DNA of 64,000 nucleotides from the human T2T-CHM13v2.0 reference genome, Homo sapiens, in NCBI RefSeq assembly GCF_009914755.1, contig NC_060941.1. One strand, given 5' to 3'. The notes beneath the pieces are model-generated. The model did not search any database, was not told the origin of the DNA, and saw only the letters and a program-made list of their open reading frames with translations. The stretch's first letter is position 1. Every line of letters begins with the position of its first letter. Positions 1-19,330 of the stretch are shown here, one piece after another. Made by a program: the position numbers and the translations under genes.

Positions 1-224
1 ATCCGTAATACTTCCCCTCCTATCCCCAGCCCTCCCTGGGCCCCACACCCTGGTCTTGTCGGGAACTGGATTCGATGAAGTCATCAGAATTGTCAATGGC
101 ATACAGTGGGTGGAGACTGCCTGCTGATTCTGATGGCTGAGAAAGAGGTTTTCTTTCCATTCTCGAATAGTCAATTTTGCTCACTGTTGTTGTGGTTTGT
201 TTCTTTCAGAAAACTGTGTATTCT

Positions 225-690
225 TCAGAACATCATGATAACCTGGCACTCATGGGTCTATGGAGAGAATTCAGGGGGTCTGGGAGCTTGGATGGAATAA
301 ATTTGCATCTTTATTTTCAGGAAAGTTTTACTGAAGTTTAGCATTTTCTTTCATTATAAATGGAATCAGTATAACCCAATAGTATGAGCAGTTACTTCTC
401 CGCAACATCAAAGTGGCTGCAGATATCTCAAAATAGTATTTACATTTATCATAACTTAGAAATTTGGGTGGTAATTAAACCAGCAACTATTCTTTGTTTA
501 ATGCATTAAGAAAGAAGTATGTATACTATCATATCTCAATTAAAAATATTTTAAGAACTGGATTTTAACTTTATTGGTTTCCTTTGTAACTCTCTGTATT
601 TCATTTTAGGCATTTAAAAATATTATTTTGAGAAGGGCTTCCGCAGATGTCAGAGGTGTCCATGGCAGAGCCATGATTAAGATCCGCTGG
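225..690 (+). mobile_element. MER113-like hAT-Charlie DNA transposon relic
   Basis: Matches recalled MER113 consensus: gaattcagggggtc...tttagcatttt...gcagatatctcaaaata...attggtttcctttgtaa...gcatttaaaaa..att.tgagaaggg. Confidence 0.75.
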
Positions 691-771
691 TGTAGACTAC
701 AGCAGGTGTGTGCGTCTGAGGTTGGTATGGAAGTTGTGTTTGTGTTCAAATCCTAGTCTCCCATCTCATAG

Positions 772-1110
<339 letters not shown>

Positions 1111-1224
1111 TCATCACTTTAAAATAGGAATAATAGCCACCATACAAGGGTATTGGGAACGATTAAAAGTGTTAGTACTACAGGAATAATTCTAGGACCT
1201 AACCTCATACAGCTGCAGGAGCAC

Positions 1225-1380
1225 TGAATGAGATAATCCATGAGGTTAGGTCCTAGCATTATTCCTGTTTTACAGATGGGGAAGTTGAGGTTTATTTCAA
1301 GTAAGTGCCCAAGGTCACATAGCTAGGAAGTGGTAGAACTAGGATTCGAGCCCCAGCCATTGGACAGCGGATCCCATCCC
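1225..1380. mobile_element. MIR SINE
   Basis: Core attattcctgttttacagatggggaagttgagg...cccaaggtcacatagctaggaagtggtagaactaggattcgagccc. Confidence 0.8.
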
Positions 1381-1669
1381 AGATCCTATATTGCCCTCCA
1401 AAAAGTCAAGCACCCCTGGGTCAGTGGAAGTTGCAATCTGGGTCATACAGAGTCTGGAGGCCAGTCTCCAATTTCTAGGCTCTTAGAGCCCTCATTTGAC
1501 CTTGAGCTCTAACAAAGTGCTCACAAACATGTGCCAGTGACTTGCCACAATGAAGGACAGTTGTGTGGGTCTATGGTGGGGTGATGCGTTGCTTCTTACT
1601 GAATGTGAAATAAAGCTTAGGAACACTAGATCTGTGTGCTTCAGGAGTGGTGGGGATTGCCCTGGTTGA

Positions 1670-2185
<516 letters not shown>

Positions 2186-2459
2186 TGACAGTCGGGGAGA
2201 AAGGACCAGGAATGTGCTGTCTTACCCCATCACAAAACAAGAGAGAGAATAATGGGTGTCACAAGAGAGGTGCCAGCAGCAGGTGATGGGAGGTTGTCAC
2301 AATGATAATGAGCTTTAGGTTCAGTGCAGACTTGGCTGGTGGGGCTGGCAAAACCACAGAGATTCAGAGCAGCTGGGGAGAGGCAGTGTACATTAATCTG
2401 AACGAATATTAATGTAAGATCTTAATAAAATTACATTTGTGTCTATTTATCTGGCTGTA

Positions 2460-3720
<1,261 letters not shown>

Positions 3721-3721
3721 T

Positions 3722-4177
<456 letters not shown>

Positions 4178-5309
4178 TCAAAGGTGTTTAAAGAACATCT
4201 ACTTTGTGCTCAGTTTCCTCACTCCTCCATGGAAAGCCTGCAGTGGCTCTCCTTTGCCCTCAGGATACAGCCTGACTCCTTAATCTGGCTTGAAGGCTCA
4301 TCCTTACCTGCAGGGCCAGGGCGGCTCCTCTCTTGCCCCTTCTGTTGTGTATTTTGCGCTCCAGTTTCTCCGAAGCACCAGGCTGGCTTTGCCATGAGCC
4401 ATGTCCAATGGCTCCTTCCACCCGGACCCCTGTCCCCACTGCCATCAGCTGACTTTCCCTGTGGCACTCTGCTGACCTTTATTCACATCCTCAACACACC
4501 TGCCACCTTCTAGGTGTGGCACTTCCTGCTCCTCCAGATGGGCTTAAGTGGGCACAGCCAGAGCTCCCATGCCTCATCCTGGCAGTGACAACGTGTGGCA
4601 CCTAAGGGAAGCCCTGACCCCAGTCCTGCCACCGCCTTGTTCTGGTGGGCTCTGTGAGGATGCACTGGATGAATTCACTAGTGCAGCAGTGCTTCGCCTT
4701 CCAGAGGGACCGTCGGAGCCAGCCCCGCGTTGCAGGGACCTGACGACCCTGAGGTCCAGCCTTCCCCGATGCCCAGCCCAGCTCAGTCCACTGTGTCCTC
4801 TTTGGCCTCTTCCCATCCTGGTTTCTCAGTCGTTCTCAGCCAAGCCACAGGACTGGAAGCTTTGTCGCTTTCTATAAGGACTTGCCTGTCAGGGGGAGTT
4901 AGTTCGAAAGGAACGGGGAGTGAAGACTCAATGTGAATTTCAGGTAAAAATCTCCGGGTCTGAGGAGACTGGGTCTGACAGCCAGTGCTGGCCTCGGGGA
5001 CCCTGATGGAGACGTTCACACAGGTGCCCAACTGCAGGACGACCCTGCCGAGGAGGCACCTGCTGGGGCCAATTAGAATTCCTCGTTCTGGGCTGGGTTA
5101 ATTTGCATAAACTCTGAGCCCCCAGGAAAAATCTTCCGCGAGGCCTCTTCCTCTTTGTTAATTGAAAAAGGCTCTTTGTCTGTCTTCAGCTGTCAGCTCA
5201 CATGCGGCCTCCCCAGGCAAGCCTTTCCCAGCTCCTCAGACCAGGCAGGTCGCCCCTGCGGTCTCCGCGTCTCCTCCCCACACCTCAGCTCACCCACTCG
5301 GAATTATCT

Positions 5310-5445
5310 GTGAGTTTCCTTCCAGCTTCAGCGCCACAAGGACAGGGACCTTGTCTCTTCCTGTGGTGGTTGTTTCTATCATCACTAAATCCATACCTAG
5401 TGCACTAGCGCACGGTAGAGGTTGTTTGCTCAATGAATGAATGCA
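5310..5445 (+). mobile_element. L2 3' end
   Basis: cagggaccttgtctc...cctagtgcactagcgcacggtag...tgctcaatgaatgaatg. Confidence 0.65.
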
Positions 5446-5588
5446 TTTCCTTGTAGGACCCCCGGCTGCCCCGAGTGAGCCACACTCCTTACAAAGACCA
5501 GGCAACTACGTTGAAGAAATGTTGATATTTATCAAGAAACACTCTTCCAACCATTTTTAATTTTTTTTGGACGTTAAAGTATTTATTG

Positions 5589-5885
5589 GGTCGGGTGTGG
5601 TGGTTCACGCCTGTAATTCCAGCACTTGGGGAGGCCGAGGCGGGCGGATCACTTGAGATCAGGAGTTTGAGACCAGCCTGGCCAACATGGTGAAACCCTG
5701 TCTCTACTAAAAATACAAAAATTAGCCGGGCATGGTGGCTCGTGCCTGTAGTCCCAACTACTTGGGAGGCTGAGGGGGAGAATCGCTTGAACCCGGGAAG
5801 GGGAGGTTGCAGTGAGCCGAGATTGAGCCACTGCACTCCAGCCTGGGCGACAGAGCAAGACTCTGTCTCAAAATAAGATAAAATA
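5589..5885 (+). mobile_element. AluS
   Basis: Full-length Alu consensus with A-rich tail. Confidence 0.95.
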
Positions 5886-6984
5886 AGATGTATTAGACAA
5901 AAACTGAGAGTTCTTACTTTAAATTGATTTGGAATTTTGGGTACACTTATATATTTTTTTCTAAAATAAATTGAAAGTGAATCATAGGAGAAATATTACT
6001 TTATATAAATATTATTAACTTGTTTTAAGTACTTATTAAAAACAACAACAACAAAGGCCAGGCATGGCCCCTTCCACAGAGAGCTGGTCAGCCAGCATTT
6101 TCTGCAGCTCTTACCCCAGCTGCCTCTCTTCTGGTTTCTGAGCCTCCCCACCCCCACTTAAGGAGCTTACAGCTGAGCAGGAGAGATAAGATGTTAAGTG
6201 CGTGGAAAGATTATTTTTTATTTTTGGAAAGTTGAACATTTTAAGCCAACATCCCATGAGGCTGTGGGATTAGGCTGGAGGTAGAACTTGCTTATCCCAT
6301 TTGGAATTGCTGAAGCTTCCCAGAAAGGCTTACTTCTTCCTCTTTTTTTTATTTCTAAAATTCTGCAGAAATTCTTCCATGCCCAGGCTAGCCTTGGGAG
6401 AAGAGTGGATGTCAAGATGTCAATGATGTATTGGAACGATGGGTGGGAAAGAGAGCCAGGGGGAGCTTTTAAGATAACATCAGAGGAATTGGCTTTCAAG
6501 GGCGTGGTGGACGATTTTGAGGACTGGCTAATGCATTTGATCAGAAGACGGGTGGTGATGGGCTGTGTTCCTATCCTGGCTCCCGTTTCTAAAAACAGCA
6601 GGCACTCAACCAGCCCTCAGGTGTCCCCTTTGTCCCAGGAAGCTTGGCAGAAGGAGCCAGGACGTCTCCAGAGGAGCAGATGGCCCTCAAAGCTGGAGGA
6701 CCATCAAGAAAGAGCCTCCCTGGTGAGGAGAAACTTAGGTTACTGATATGGGAACTCAAAAACTCTCACTTCTGTGTACCCAGGAGTTCCTATTCATCTC
6801 CCCAGGAATCTTAAGTATCTGAAGGACCCGGGGCAGTTGCACAGAGTGGCCATCGGGTGTCAGTGTGGAATTAGAAGCCCTGCCTGCGTTCCTTCGCTCA
6901 GCTGCTTGGCTTTGAGTTAGATGCTCCTGGAAGCTGGGCCCGCAGCCCCATGCAGGCTGGGAACGGGGATGGAGCCGTGAGGAT

Positions 6985-7730
6985 TCTCCCTTAATTTAAT
7001 GGCCCCGTCCACTGAGCTGAGAACATGGCTGTGATCCTCAGCTTGGGCAGTTCCTATTGTATTGAGGCTTTGGAGTGCTTATGAGCTGGGCTGAGTCACG
7101 CTGATAAAAAGTTAATTTCTATTTGCTGTGGCTCAGTAATTGGATGAACATGAAAGCAATTAAATATTAAAACATACAAACAAATAACTAAGTCACTGTA
7201 ATTAGCCAAAGTTTGATCACTGTCATATTTATTTAGGAAGAGGTGATATGTCTCAGCAGGTGACATTTTAAATACCCCGGGCCTCTCTGGTGTTGTCTTT
7301 GGAGAATGCTGAATAATGTACAGAGAATTTAATTAAACCCTGTTGTAAATCAGCCATGATGACAGGGAAATGACAGCCACATGTTGAAATGAGAATTAGT
7401 CCACAGCAAGGGATATTAATTAACTCTTTTTCTGAAGGCCTCTGGCACAGAGTGGCATTAAAAAAAAAAAAAGCCAGCGCTTTGACGTGGGGAGGGGATT
7501 GTGCCTGTTATTATTTTTATAATCATCATTATTATTTATGGCTTGAATTTCTTCAATGGCCAAAGTGCAGCTAATAATCACGATGCCACACAATGAGATT
7601 AAACAATTCTTTCCCCAGGCGCTTTGAGACCCAGGTAGAAAATAGCGCCATAAAAGGATGCCAGGGAATGAGAGAGTCCCTTTGGAAAACACCAGCATTT
7701 TTATAAGCAGCATATTATTTTCTTCCGGAT
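6985..7730. promoter_or_regulatory. Putative enhancer / conserved-noncoding-like block
   Basis: Repeat-free AT-rich island with many TAAT cores (ttaatttaatgg, gtaattgg, gtaattag, ttaattaa), AP-1 TGAGTCA near 7092, FOX-like acaaacaaata; conservation not tested. Confidence 0.45.
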
Positions 7731-9367
7731 TTGGACTCGGGGAGAATAGGTAGGGTGGTATTAGCAATGAAAGCACAGACCTCGGAGCCGGGAGAGACCA
7801 CGGAAATCCGTAGCCCGATCCCGCTCACTTTATAGAAGAGGAAACGAGGCTCAGGGAGATGTACAGATTTGCCCAAGTTCATAGGGCTTGTTGAAACAGA
7901 GTCAGGGTGGAGCGTGACCCTGACCCCCGGTCAGTGGAGTTTCTGCTAACTGCCTCGCCCAGGTTTTAAAATGCAGGAAGCAGAGGACAGAGATGTGCCA
8001 GGAATGGTAAGCTGCTGTTGTGAAGACTGGGGAATAGAAACGCTGCTTTTGTTCCCGATGCTAAAAAACTCCCTGTGCAAATCGGAGCAGACGTCTCTCT
8101 TCACCATGAAGACAGTCTGGGGTCTTCCCCCCATGGTCTCGGCTGGCCTCAGCCCTGGAAGGAGCTTGCCCTAGAGAAGCTGCTTTAGTCCTTCTTTGTG
8201 AATGCAAACTCCTGACAAATAGGACGCGTCTTGCCCAGTGCCCCTTCAAGGAGGGAGGCTTCATCAATCAGTGAACCAGACCCCTGGCCAATGGCTGGGG
8301 CCTGCAACATGCCCTCAAGCATCCCACAGCCTTGCAACGATTATTACCTTGCAGGATTCAGCTCACACATTCCCTTCCTTGGCAAAGAAGAACCAGGTCA
8401 GGGCAATGCATTTGCCTTCCAGCAGGAAATGCTGCAACTCCGATGTGTCTCTAGGTGTGTGGACACCATGTCTGTGCACAGTCCTGGGCACTTGCTCGAG
8501 TAGCCATCAGCCAGAGCAGCCCCACGCGGGCCACAGACCATCACTCTATTGGCCCCCTGGGGCTGGTTATGGACAACTGCACGAGCCAATCAAGAGCTCG
8601 AAAGGATGGGATGTCAGTTGCAGTAGACACAGTCCCAGTTGATCCTGACATCATATATAGGCAGAGGTATGGCTTCTGGAACGCTCTAGAAGATCTCTTT
8701 TAGTGCCCCATAGAGGCAAGAATCTGGCCATGGAGAGATTACAAAGCACAGCCTTTATTATCCTCCAGATTGGAGATGGTTGGTGTAGCACAAAAGGCTG
8801 GTGATTCAGAGAGGCAGCTGCCCTGGCTTTAGGGTTTCACGTGTGCGTGAGCATAAGTGTGTCCCCAAACTCTGGCCCCTACCGATCCTTAGAGGAAGGG
8901 TGGCTGGAAGCAGATGAGGAAGTTGTTCTGAGGGCTCTCTCGGCAGGTCTGAGAGGCATTTTTGTTGAGAGGAGAACCTCTCAAAATGTCCTGTGAGTTT
9001 GGTTTGGATGATGTTACCTGGAAGGTCAGGGACTCAACAGCAGCTTAACCTCATCCCCGGGGACCAGCAGTCCCTGTGTCAAAGTCACTAACGCAGAGGC
9101 ACAGGGATCTTGGCTTGTCATGGGGAGCCCATCATATCTGGGTCAGCCAGAGCCTTCAACACAGGGCATTTTCACCACTTCCAAATGAAATTTGATTGGC
9201 AGTTAGAATGAAAGGTTCAAGTTACTATTTTCACCCAAGCCATGGTTCCGTCCAAGGAGTTCCAGAGCTCAGACATGATATGGCCTTGGGGGAGATCTTA
9301 CGGGGCCTGGGAAGGCTGGGATGGGGAGGGAATAGGGAAGACAGAACGGGTGGGAAGCTCCAGCACC

Positions 9368-9646
9368 GTATTTCCTAACCCGGTGGGCCTGCAAAGCTCT
9401 CTTATGGAGGTGCCAATGGTTATCTAAACAAAAAGGGGTTCTGGGGCCACATGTGTGCAGCCAAACTTTTGCAAAAGGCTGCTCACTATAAGCCTGTCTT
9501 GAAAATTCACCATGCTTATTAGCATAATACAGGCTCTGAGCAGTCCTGCCATGTGAAATTGTGTTTAAATTTGCTTAATGGAGTGACTCTCACATTTGTA
9601 CGATCACTGAGCCCACCTACCCCATTTTTGTGTGTTCATAGAACAC
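9368..9646. mobile_element. MER103C-like hAT relic
   Basis: aaaaggggttc...aattcaccatgcttattagcataatacaggctctgagcagtcctgc. Confidence 0.6.
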
Positions 9647-10150
9647 TGTGGTGGGCAGAGTAAGGGTTCCACAAAGGTGTCCATATTCCAATCCCCAGAA
9701 CCTGTGACTGTGCCCCCTGACATGGCAAAAGGGACTTTGCAGATGTGAGATGTGACGAAGTTAAGGATCTTGAGATAGGAGATGGTTTTGGATTATCCTG
9801 CTACCTAACCTACTCATGAATCCTTAGAAGTAGACATTTCCTGTCTGTGGTTAGAGACGTGGCCACAGAAGAAGGGTCAGAGAGAAGCAATGTTGCTGGC
9901 TTTGAAGACAGAGGAAGGGGCCATGAGCCAGGGAATGTGAGTGACCTCCAGAAGCTGGAAACAGCAAGGAAGTGAATTCTGCCCTAGACCCTCCGGAAGG
10001 TGCACAGCCCTGCTGATGCCTTGACTTGAGTGCAGTGAGACCCAAGCCAGATTTCTGGCCAAAAGAATTTGTAAGATAATAAATGTGTTTTAGTTTAAGC
10101 CACTGGATCGGTGGCCATTTGTTACGGCAGCAGTAGAAAAGGAATCCACA
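9647..10150. mobile_element. MLT1D-like MaLR solo LTR
   Basis: tgtggtgggcag...aatccccagaacctgtga...catggcaaaagggactttgcagatgtg...gctggctttgaaga...tttaagccact...ttgttacggcagcagtagaaa. Confidence 0.85.
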
Positions 10151-10373
10151 CACCTGTTTACATGTTGGCATTGTTGTGAGAAAAACTGACCAGGAATCCA
10201 AACAGGCAATTCAGAATGACTGACTGACCATCAGTCAATGCACTGCACACTGTGGACCAAACTGAACTGTGTAAGACATGCATCCTGCCCCTGAAGAGTT
10301 TGCATTTCACTTGGGAAGTCAAGACACACACAAATAGAAGAGAAATATTAACAATTTCTAGGGCACAAAAACG

Positions 10374-10679
<306 letters not shown>

Positions 10680-11262
10680 TGAAAACTTAATGACAAAGCT
10701 GAGGAGTTCAACTTTAAACAGTGCATGCACCCACCAGGGGTGACTCGGAGCTTTCACTGGAGGAAGGAGTCTGGGCCTTAAACGCAGGAATCCTCCAGGG
10801 AGAGCTGGGATTTAATGAGGGTGGGGGAGTTTCCCTTGGGCTTATGCAGTGCAGTGGGGTGGGGCTGGAAACAGCACTGGGAGGGGCTGAGCAGAAGCCA
10901 CAGCGGGGCAGAACAAAGGCCTGGAGACTGGAGCGAGCTGCGTTCTTGGGGGTGGGGGGTGGGGCGGCAGCTGGAGAGTGGGGGCTTCCCCAGCGGGAGA
11001 GGGAGGACGATTCTGGATGGCTTCCCTCCTTGTGGACAGAGTGAGTCTCTGCTATGAGAAAGGTAGGAGCTCTTTCAGCTCCGGCTGAGAATGCTAGTGG
11101 AGCCGGCTGGAGGGAAGGGGCTCTCCGGGCATGAGTGGCAGGGTGGCTGTGCTGATGACGGCACCAAGAAACCTGCCGGCTTTCTAGATGCTTCCTCTTA
11201 TTTCTTTCCTTGTCTCAAGGCTTCCATTTTTGCTTCTGTAAGTTTTCCTATGCAAGTTTTGA

Positions 11263-12057
<795 letters not shown>

Positions 12058-14337
12058 AAGCTGGATCTTAAGCTTGCTTACCGGTGACTTGTTGACCTCA
12101 TCTTGGCTCAAAGAAGACACGGCCCCAGGTGAGTGCCTGGAGGTTATTTCCCATGTGATGCCTGTTCCAGGGCAGGAATGTTAGCTCTGTGCTGGCCACC
12201 AGAGAAGAAACTGGTGGCCTGGTGACCGCCAGGCCTCTGCCTGCAAGGCTAAAGACCTCTGACAGATACTGGGGGGCAGGATGTGAGTTCAGATGGAAGC
12301 AGTCGGATCTTCCTGACCCTGCCTTACCTGGCAGTATCCACCTGCAGCCTCTGCACCTCCTGCCCAGCTGCCAACAACACCTGTGAGCCTGACGGCGTGC
12401 CCCACCCCCTCCCCAGGTGGGCGGTCTACGGCAGGCCCCGCCCACCAGCTCTGGCGCATGCGGCATGGCCTCAGCGTCTCCCTTCCTGAGCGGACGGCCC
12501 ACCCCGGAATTAGCCTCTTCTCTCCCAGGTCTGTGCAATGCCCAGCTCCTCCTCTCCTGGCCGGCCTGGTCTCTCTTCTGGTCCCTTTCCTCACCGGGCT
12601 TTGGGGTTCTAGGGTCCTTGAAGAGATGGAGACCAGTCAGCCAACTTCAAGGTGGAGGAGTTTGGCTGGAACGAGCAGGTGTGTCTAGTTGGCTGGTGCT
12701 AGGGAAAGGGGAGGGCCCTGCAGGGGCGTTGCACCTGTGGAGTAAGCCTTTGCAGAATCATACAGTGGGTGGGTAGGGGGGCTGGATCTTAAGCTTGCTC
12801 ACTGGTGACCTGTTGGGGCTGGACTGCCTGAGGCTCCCCCTTTGGCTAAGAATCAGGTGTGGGAGCTACGCCTGCTCCCTGGGAGGGCAGTTCCATAGGG
12901 ATGGAGCCTGAGCATCTGAATTTCCAAAGCTCTGCGGTTGACTCTGATGGACAGCCTGGGCCGAGACCCCCAGGCAAGGCTTCTGGAAAGAGTTGGCCCC
13001 GCTCACAGACGGGGAACCTTCTCTGGAACCTGCCCTGGCAGGAGTGCTGTTTTGGGAACGTGGGTTTCAGACTCACACCTCTCTGGGTTTGAGCCTTGGC
13101 TCTTCCCTTAATGACCCTGTGACTTTAGACCAAGACTTCCCCTTTCTGAGCCTCAGAGTCCTTACCAGCGAAATGGAAGGAGTTCCTCCATAGCAGAGCC
13201 TGCCTGAGGTTGCTTAATTAATTAAGCAGAAAAAATGTTGATTGTAAAAATGGGGGGTTCCCTAGGGCCACAGGACCCTTGAGTTCAACTGGATGCTGGA
13301 CTCTAGGTGTCTCCTTCCTCTGCCTTCTAGGCCTATCAATTCATAGACCGGGCACCCAGGGAAAGACCAACCTCCATGTGTGTCTGTTCCAAGTTCCCAA
13401 GTTAGGACCTCTGCTGGCTCCTGGTCCTTCACCTGTGCACAGGGGCCTCCTGTACAGTGCAGGGACTGTGGTTTCCCTGCAAGCGCCTGTTGTACTGAGG
13501 AGTTGCTAGCTCTGTGCAGAATACTGCCACGCGGAGCTGGAGGGCAGAGGCACGTCCTCCCAGGTGATGGGGCATCCTCTTAATATTTGGAGCACAGACA
13601 GGACAGTGGCAAGGAGGGTATGGGCCCCGCACACGGACAGGAGTAGTCTGGGCATTGCCCTCGGCCTGTCCCCCGGGCCAGGCACCAAGGGCGCAGAGGG
13701 AGAGTCAATTTCTCTAAGTGGAAGGAAGAAGCACTCTTCCAAGGGCTCTGGGCTTTGAAGGCCTTTCCTTAAACGAACAGGAGAGTTTATTTATCTTCGG
13801 TCAAGCTGTATAAATGTCAAAGGGCTGGCGACCCCTTTTAACTTGCAGTGCAGGGATGGCTAGGTTATTTGCTCATGAGTCTGGAAGAGCCCCAGAGGGG
13901 AGGGCTTGAGCCCTTTGCCTGTCTGTTCACATAATCCAGACAGAGTAGATGGCCCATGATGGCTGCCACTAAGTGACACCTGGCACGACTTAGGTGGCTT
14001 CAACACTGTCCTCCACTCAGCACACCACTCCGCCTACTGTTTCTCTGTTTCTCCCCCTTTTTCCCTTGGCTTGTCTCTTTTTTTCTTCCCCCCGCCTTTC
14101 CACTGTAGCTGTTATCAATCACGATCCCCGCCCACCCCACCATGCGCATTTATCAGCCCTCATGAATGACCAGAGGCTGTGGGCATGTGGAGATGGCGTC
14201 TCTTTCCAACCTCAGTTCCTGCCATCTCAGTGATGGCCCCAAACCTCTAGGCAGGAAAGAACAGGGACCATGGGAGGCATTGGATGGGCACATGGGACCC
14301 CAGCCTCCAAATGCAGAGCTTCAACTTGCCAGCAACA

Positions 14338-14654
<317 letters not shown>

Positions 14655-14829
14655 TAGGAGGGGAAAAGGCAATGGGGCTGCATAGAAAATCTAAACACTA
14701 CATCTACGGACTAAATCATTTAAAAAATAACTTGCGTATGACTTATGTTAATTATTTTACTTGACATTAACACACTTACTTGATCCACATGTCCTGTTTG
14801 TTGATAATAAATAAGTTATACTGCTATGA

Positions 14830-15000
<171 letters not shown>

Positions 15001-15039
15001 TAATGAGTTCAATCTGAACTGACTTCCATACATGTTCTT

Positions 15040-15995
<956 letters not shown>

Positions 15996-15996
15996 A

Positions 15997-16482
<486 letters not shown>

Positions 16483-16891
16483 TTAGAAGTCCTGGAGAGA
16501 GGCACTGGGAAAGCATTTCCATGCTCCTCCTTCCTCTTGGATGGGATGTGGCCAGAGAACACAGAAACCTACCAGTGAATAAAGAGAACTCAGTTCTCTA
16601 CCCTTGGAACCATCGAGGAGCTGGGATTTGCTTTAGAGAGGGGCAGCCCTTGGCATCTCCATGCTGGGAGTGGAGCTTCTGGCTTCTTAAGAAGTTGGTT
16701 ACAATAGGCAGCCTCTGTGCTTTGGCCTGTTTGGATGTTTTCTGCTGTTCTCAGGTGGAAAAAGCAGATTTTGTTGCTGCCTACCTTTTGAAGACCAGGA
16801 TGGAATGGAGCTACCTTCTGGGCACTTTCCTCAAAAGGGCCTGTGTGTTCTGGAACCAGGGCCTTCTGATGCATGAGAACCAAGGCAGCTA

Positions 16892-16933
16892 GTGTGTGTG
16901 TGTGTCTGTGTGTGTGTGCGTGCGTGTGTGTGC
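16892..16933. repeat. Imperfect (TG)n microsatellite
   Basis: gtgtgtgtgtgtgtctgtgtgtgtgtgcgtgcgtgtgtgtg. Confidence 0.95.
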
Positions 16934-17019
16934 TCATCTCTAAAATCTGCCTATGGCAAGTCTCAGGTGGCTGCTGGCAGCTCCTTGGGGCTCCCTGCTG
17001 TTTTGGGTCATGTCTAGTA

Positions 17020-17220
17020 ACAGAGAGCTTCTCTTTTCCAGCGTTTCAGGCAAAGGTTCCTAGCTTCGCACTAATTGGTCTGGGTTGGTTGATGTGCCTA
17101 CCTTTGAACCCATTCCCTGTGGCAAAGGGATGGGAAATTCACTGACTGGCTTAGCGTGGGTCTTGCGCTGTATCCCTGGACCCAGGGATGGAGTCAGCCT
17201 TCTGAGACCAACACAGATCC
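17020..17220. mobile_element. MLT1J/K-like LTR fragment
   Basis: ctaattggtctggg...gtgcctacctttgaaccc.ttccctgtggc..agggatgg...gatggagtcagc. Confidence 0.55.
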
Positions 17221-17239
17221 CCAATTTAGAAATGGAGGC

Positions 17240-17547
17240 TGAGCTGGGCTCGGTGGCTCATACCTGTAATCCCAGCACTTTGGGAGGCCAAGGCAGTCAG
17301 ATTGCTTTAGCTCAGGAGTTCAAGACCAGCCTGGGCAACATAGTGAGACCTCTGCCCCTTGTCTGTACAAAAAGTTAAGAAGCAAAGCATGGTGGCACAT
17401 GCCTGTGGTCCCAGCTAGTTGGAAAGCTGAGGTGGGAGGTTGGCTTGAACCCAGGAGGTCAAGGCTGCAGTGAGCCGTATTGTGCCACTGCACTTCAGCC
17501 TGGGCAACAGAGCGAGACCCTGTCTCAAAAAAAAAAAAAAAAAAAAA
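17240..17547 (+). mobile_element. AluJ
   Basis: Alu consensus with J diagnostics and poly-A. Confidence 0.95.
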
Positions 17548-17690
17548 GAGAGAGAGAAACAGAGGCTGTTGGGAAAAGGGCATAAAGGGCATGGATGCTA
17601 GAGAGGAGATCAACAGGTATTGTCTCATGAAGGTTGGGAAGGTCAAGGGCAGGTGGCCACATCCTTTGAGGTAGATGCTCACAAGAGGAT

Positions 17691-17860
17691 TGTGCAGTGT
17701 GCAGGTAGAGGCCCACACTGGGTGTGAGTGTGCAGTGTGCAGGTAGAGGCCCACACTGGGTGTGAGTGTGTAGTGTGCAGGTAGAGGCCCACACTGGGTG
17801 TGAGTGTGTAGTGTGCAGGGGTGGTGCCCACACTGGGGAGTGTGCAGTGTGCAGGGGAGG
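17691..17860. repeat. 38-bp minisatellite, ~4.5 copies
   Basis: Unit tg(c/t)agtgtgcaggtagaggcccacactgggtgtgagtg; gcaggtagag recurs at 17701, 17739 and 17777. Confidence 0.95.
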
Positions 17861-17998
17861 TGGTGTGTTGGCCTAGGGACTGTTGGTGCCTCTTACACTC
17901 AACACCAGCAGGAAGATGGCCTCGACTCAGTGACCATGTGGGTTGGGCCGAGGGCAAACACAAAGACGGAAGCCAGCCCTTGTCTCTGGGGAGCTTAG

Positions 17999-18354
<356 letters not shown>

Positions 18355-18616
18355 GCAGAATGTTGCTTCTAATCAAAGCAATTCTTGCACATGGGAACAA
18401 GTTCCAGCACAGGGGAGCCCGTGATGGCAAACCACGGCTGTTGAGTGTCTACCCTTATATTTCTAAATCAAATGCTTAGCTTTAAATAGCATCGCTGACC
18501 TGACTGTGGACGTGAGTTTCTAGCATACTCTGACCATGGTCCTTTGTATTGCTTGACATCTAATTGTTTTATTGTCTGTCTTTGCAATTAAGAAAAATCT
18601 ATTGTTAGAAATTCTT

Positions 18617-18905
<289 letters not shown>

Positions 18906-19330
18906 CTACTTATTTCATCAACATTAGGTCATCTACTGGAAAACATCATGCAGACTGCCACTGGGAGCCAGGGTCAGACTCTCTGGTTTCAAATCCTAGG
19001 GCCTCTGTTTTCTCCTCTGTGAAAAGAAACTAACAATCAAATCTACCACCTAGGGATGTCTGGAGGATTCCGTGGCCAAGGCACATCAAGGGCTCAGCCA
19101 GGTGGAGACCCGCGATTTGGGCCCGTGGGGTGGAGCTGATCCCTGGGCGACCTCCAGTCCACAGGCCATGGCCCAGAGGGCAGGAGAGGTGTCACTTTCG
19201 TGGCCCCTCAACCAGGCCTGGGATGGCTGTTTTGTCTGAGCACACCAGTCTTGCCCAAGTCTGAATGTTCAGCCCTCCTTGTGCCCAAGATCCTCTGCAG
19301 GGGAAGAGAAAAAGAGAGCGAGAGCGAGCA

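Noticed and set aside
6288-6746. 152-aa ORF with a protein-like middle section
   Set aside because: No recognisable domain, non-ATG start and no convincing exon boundaries; the length is compatible with chance.
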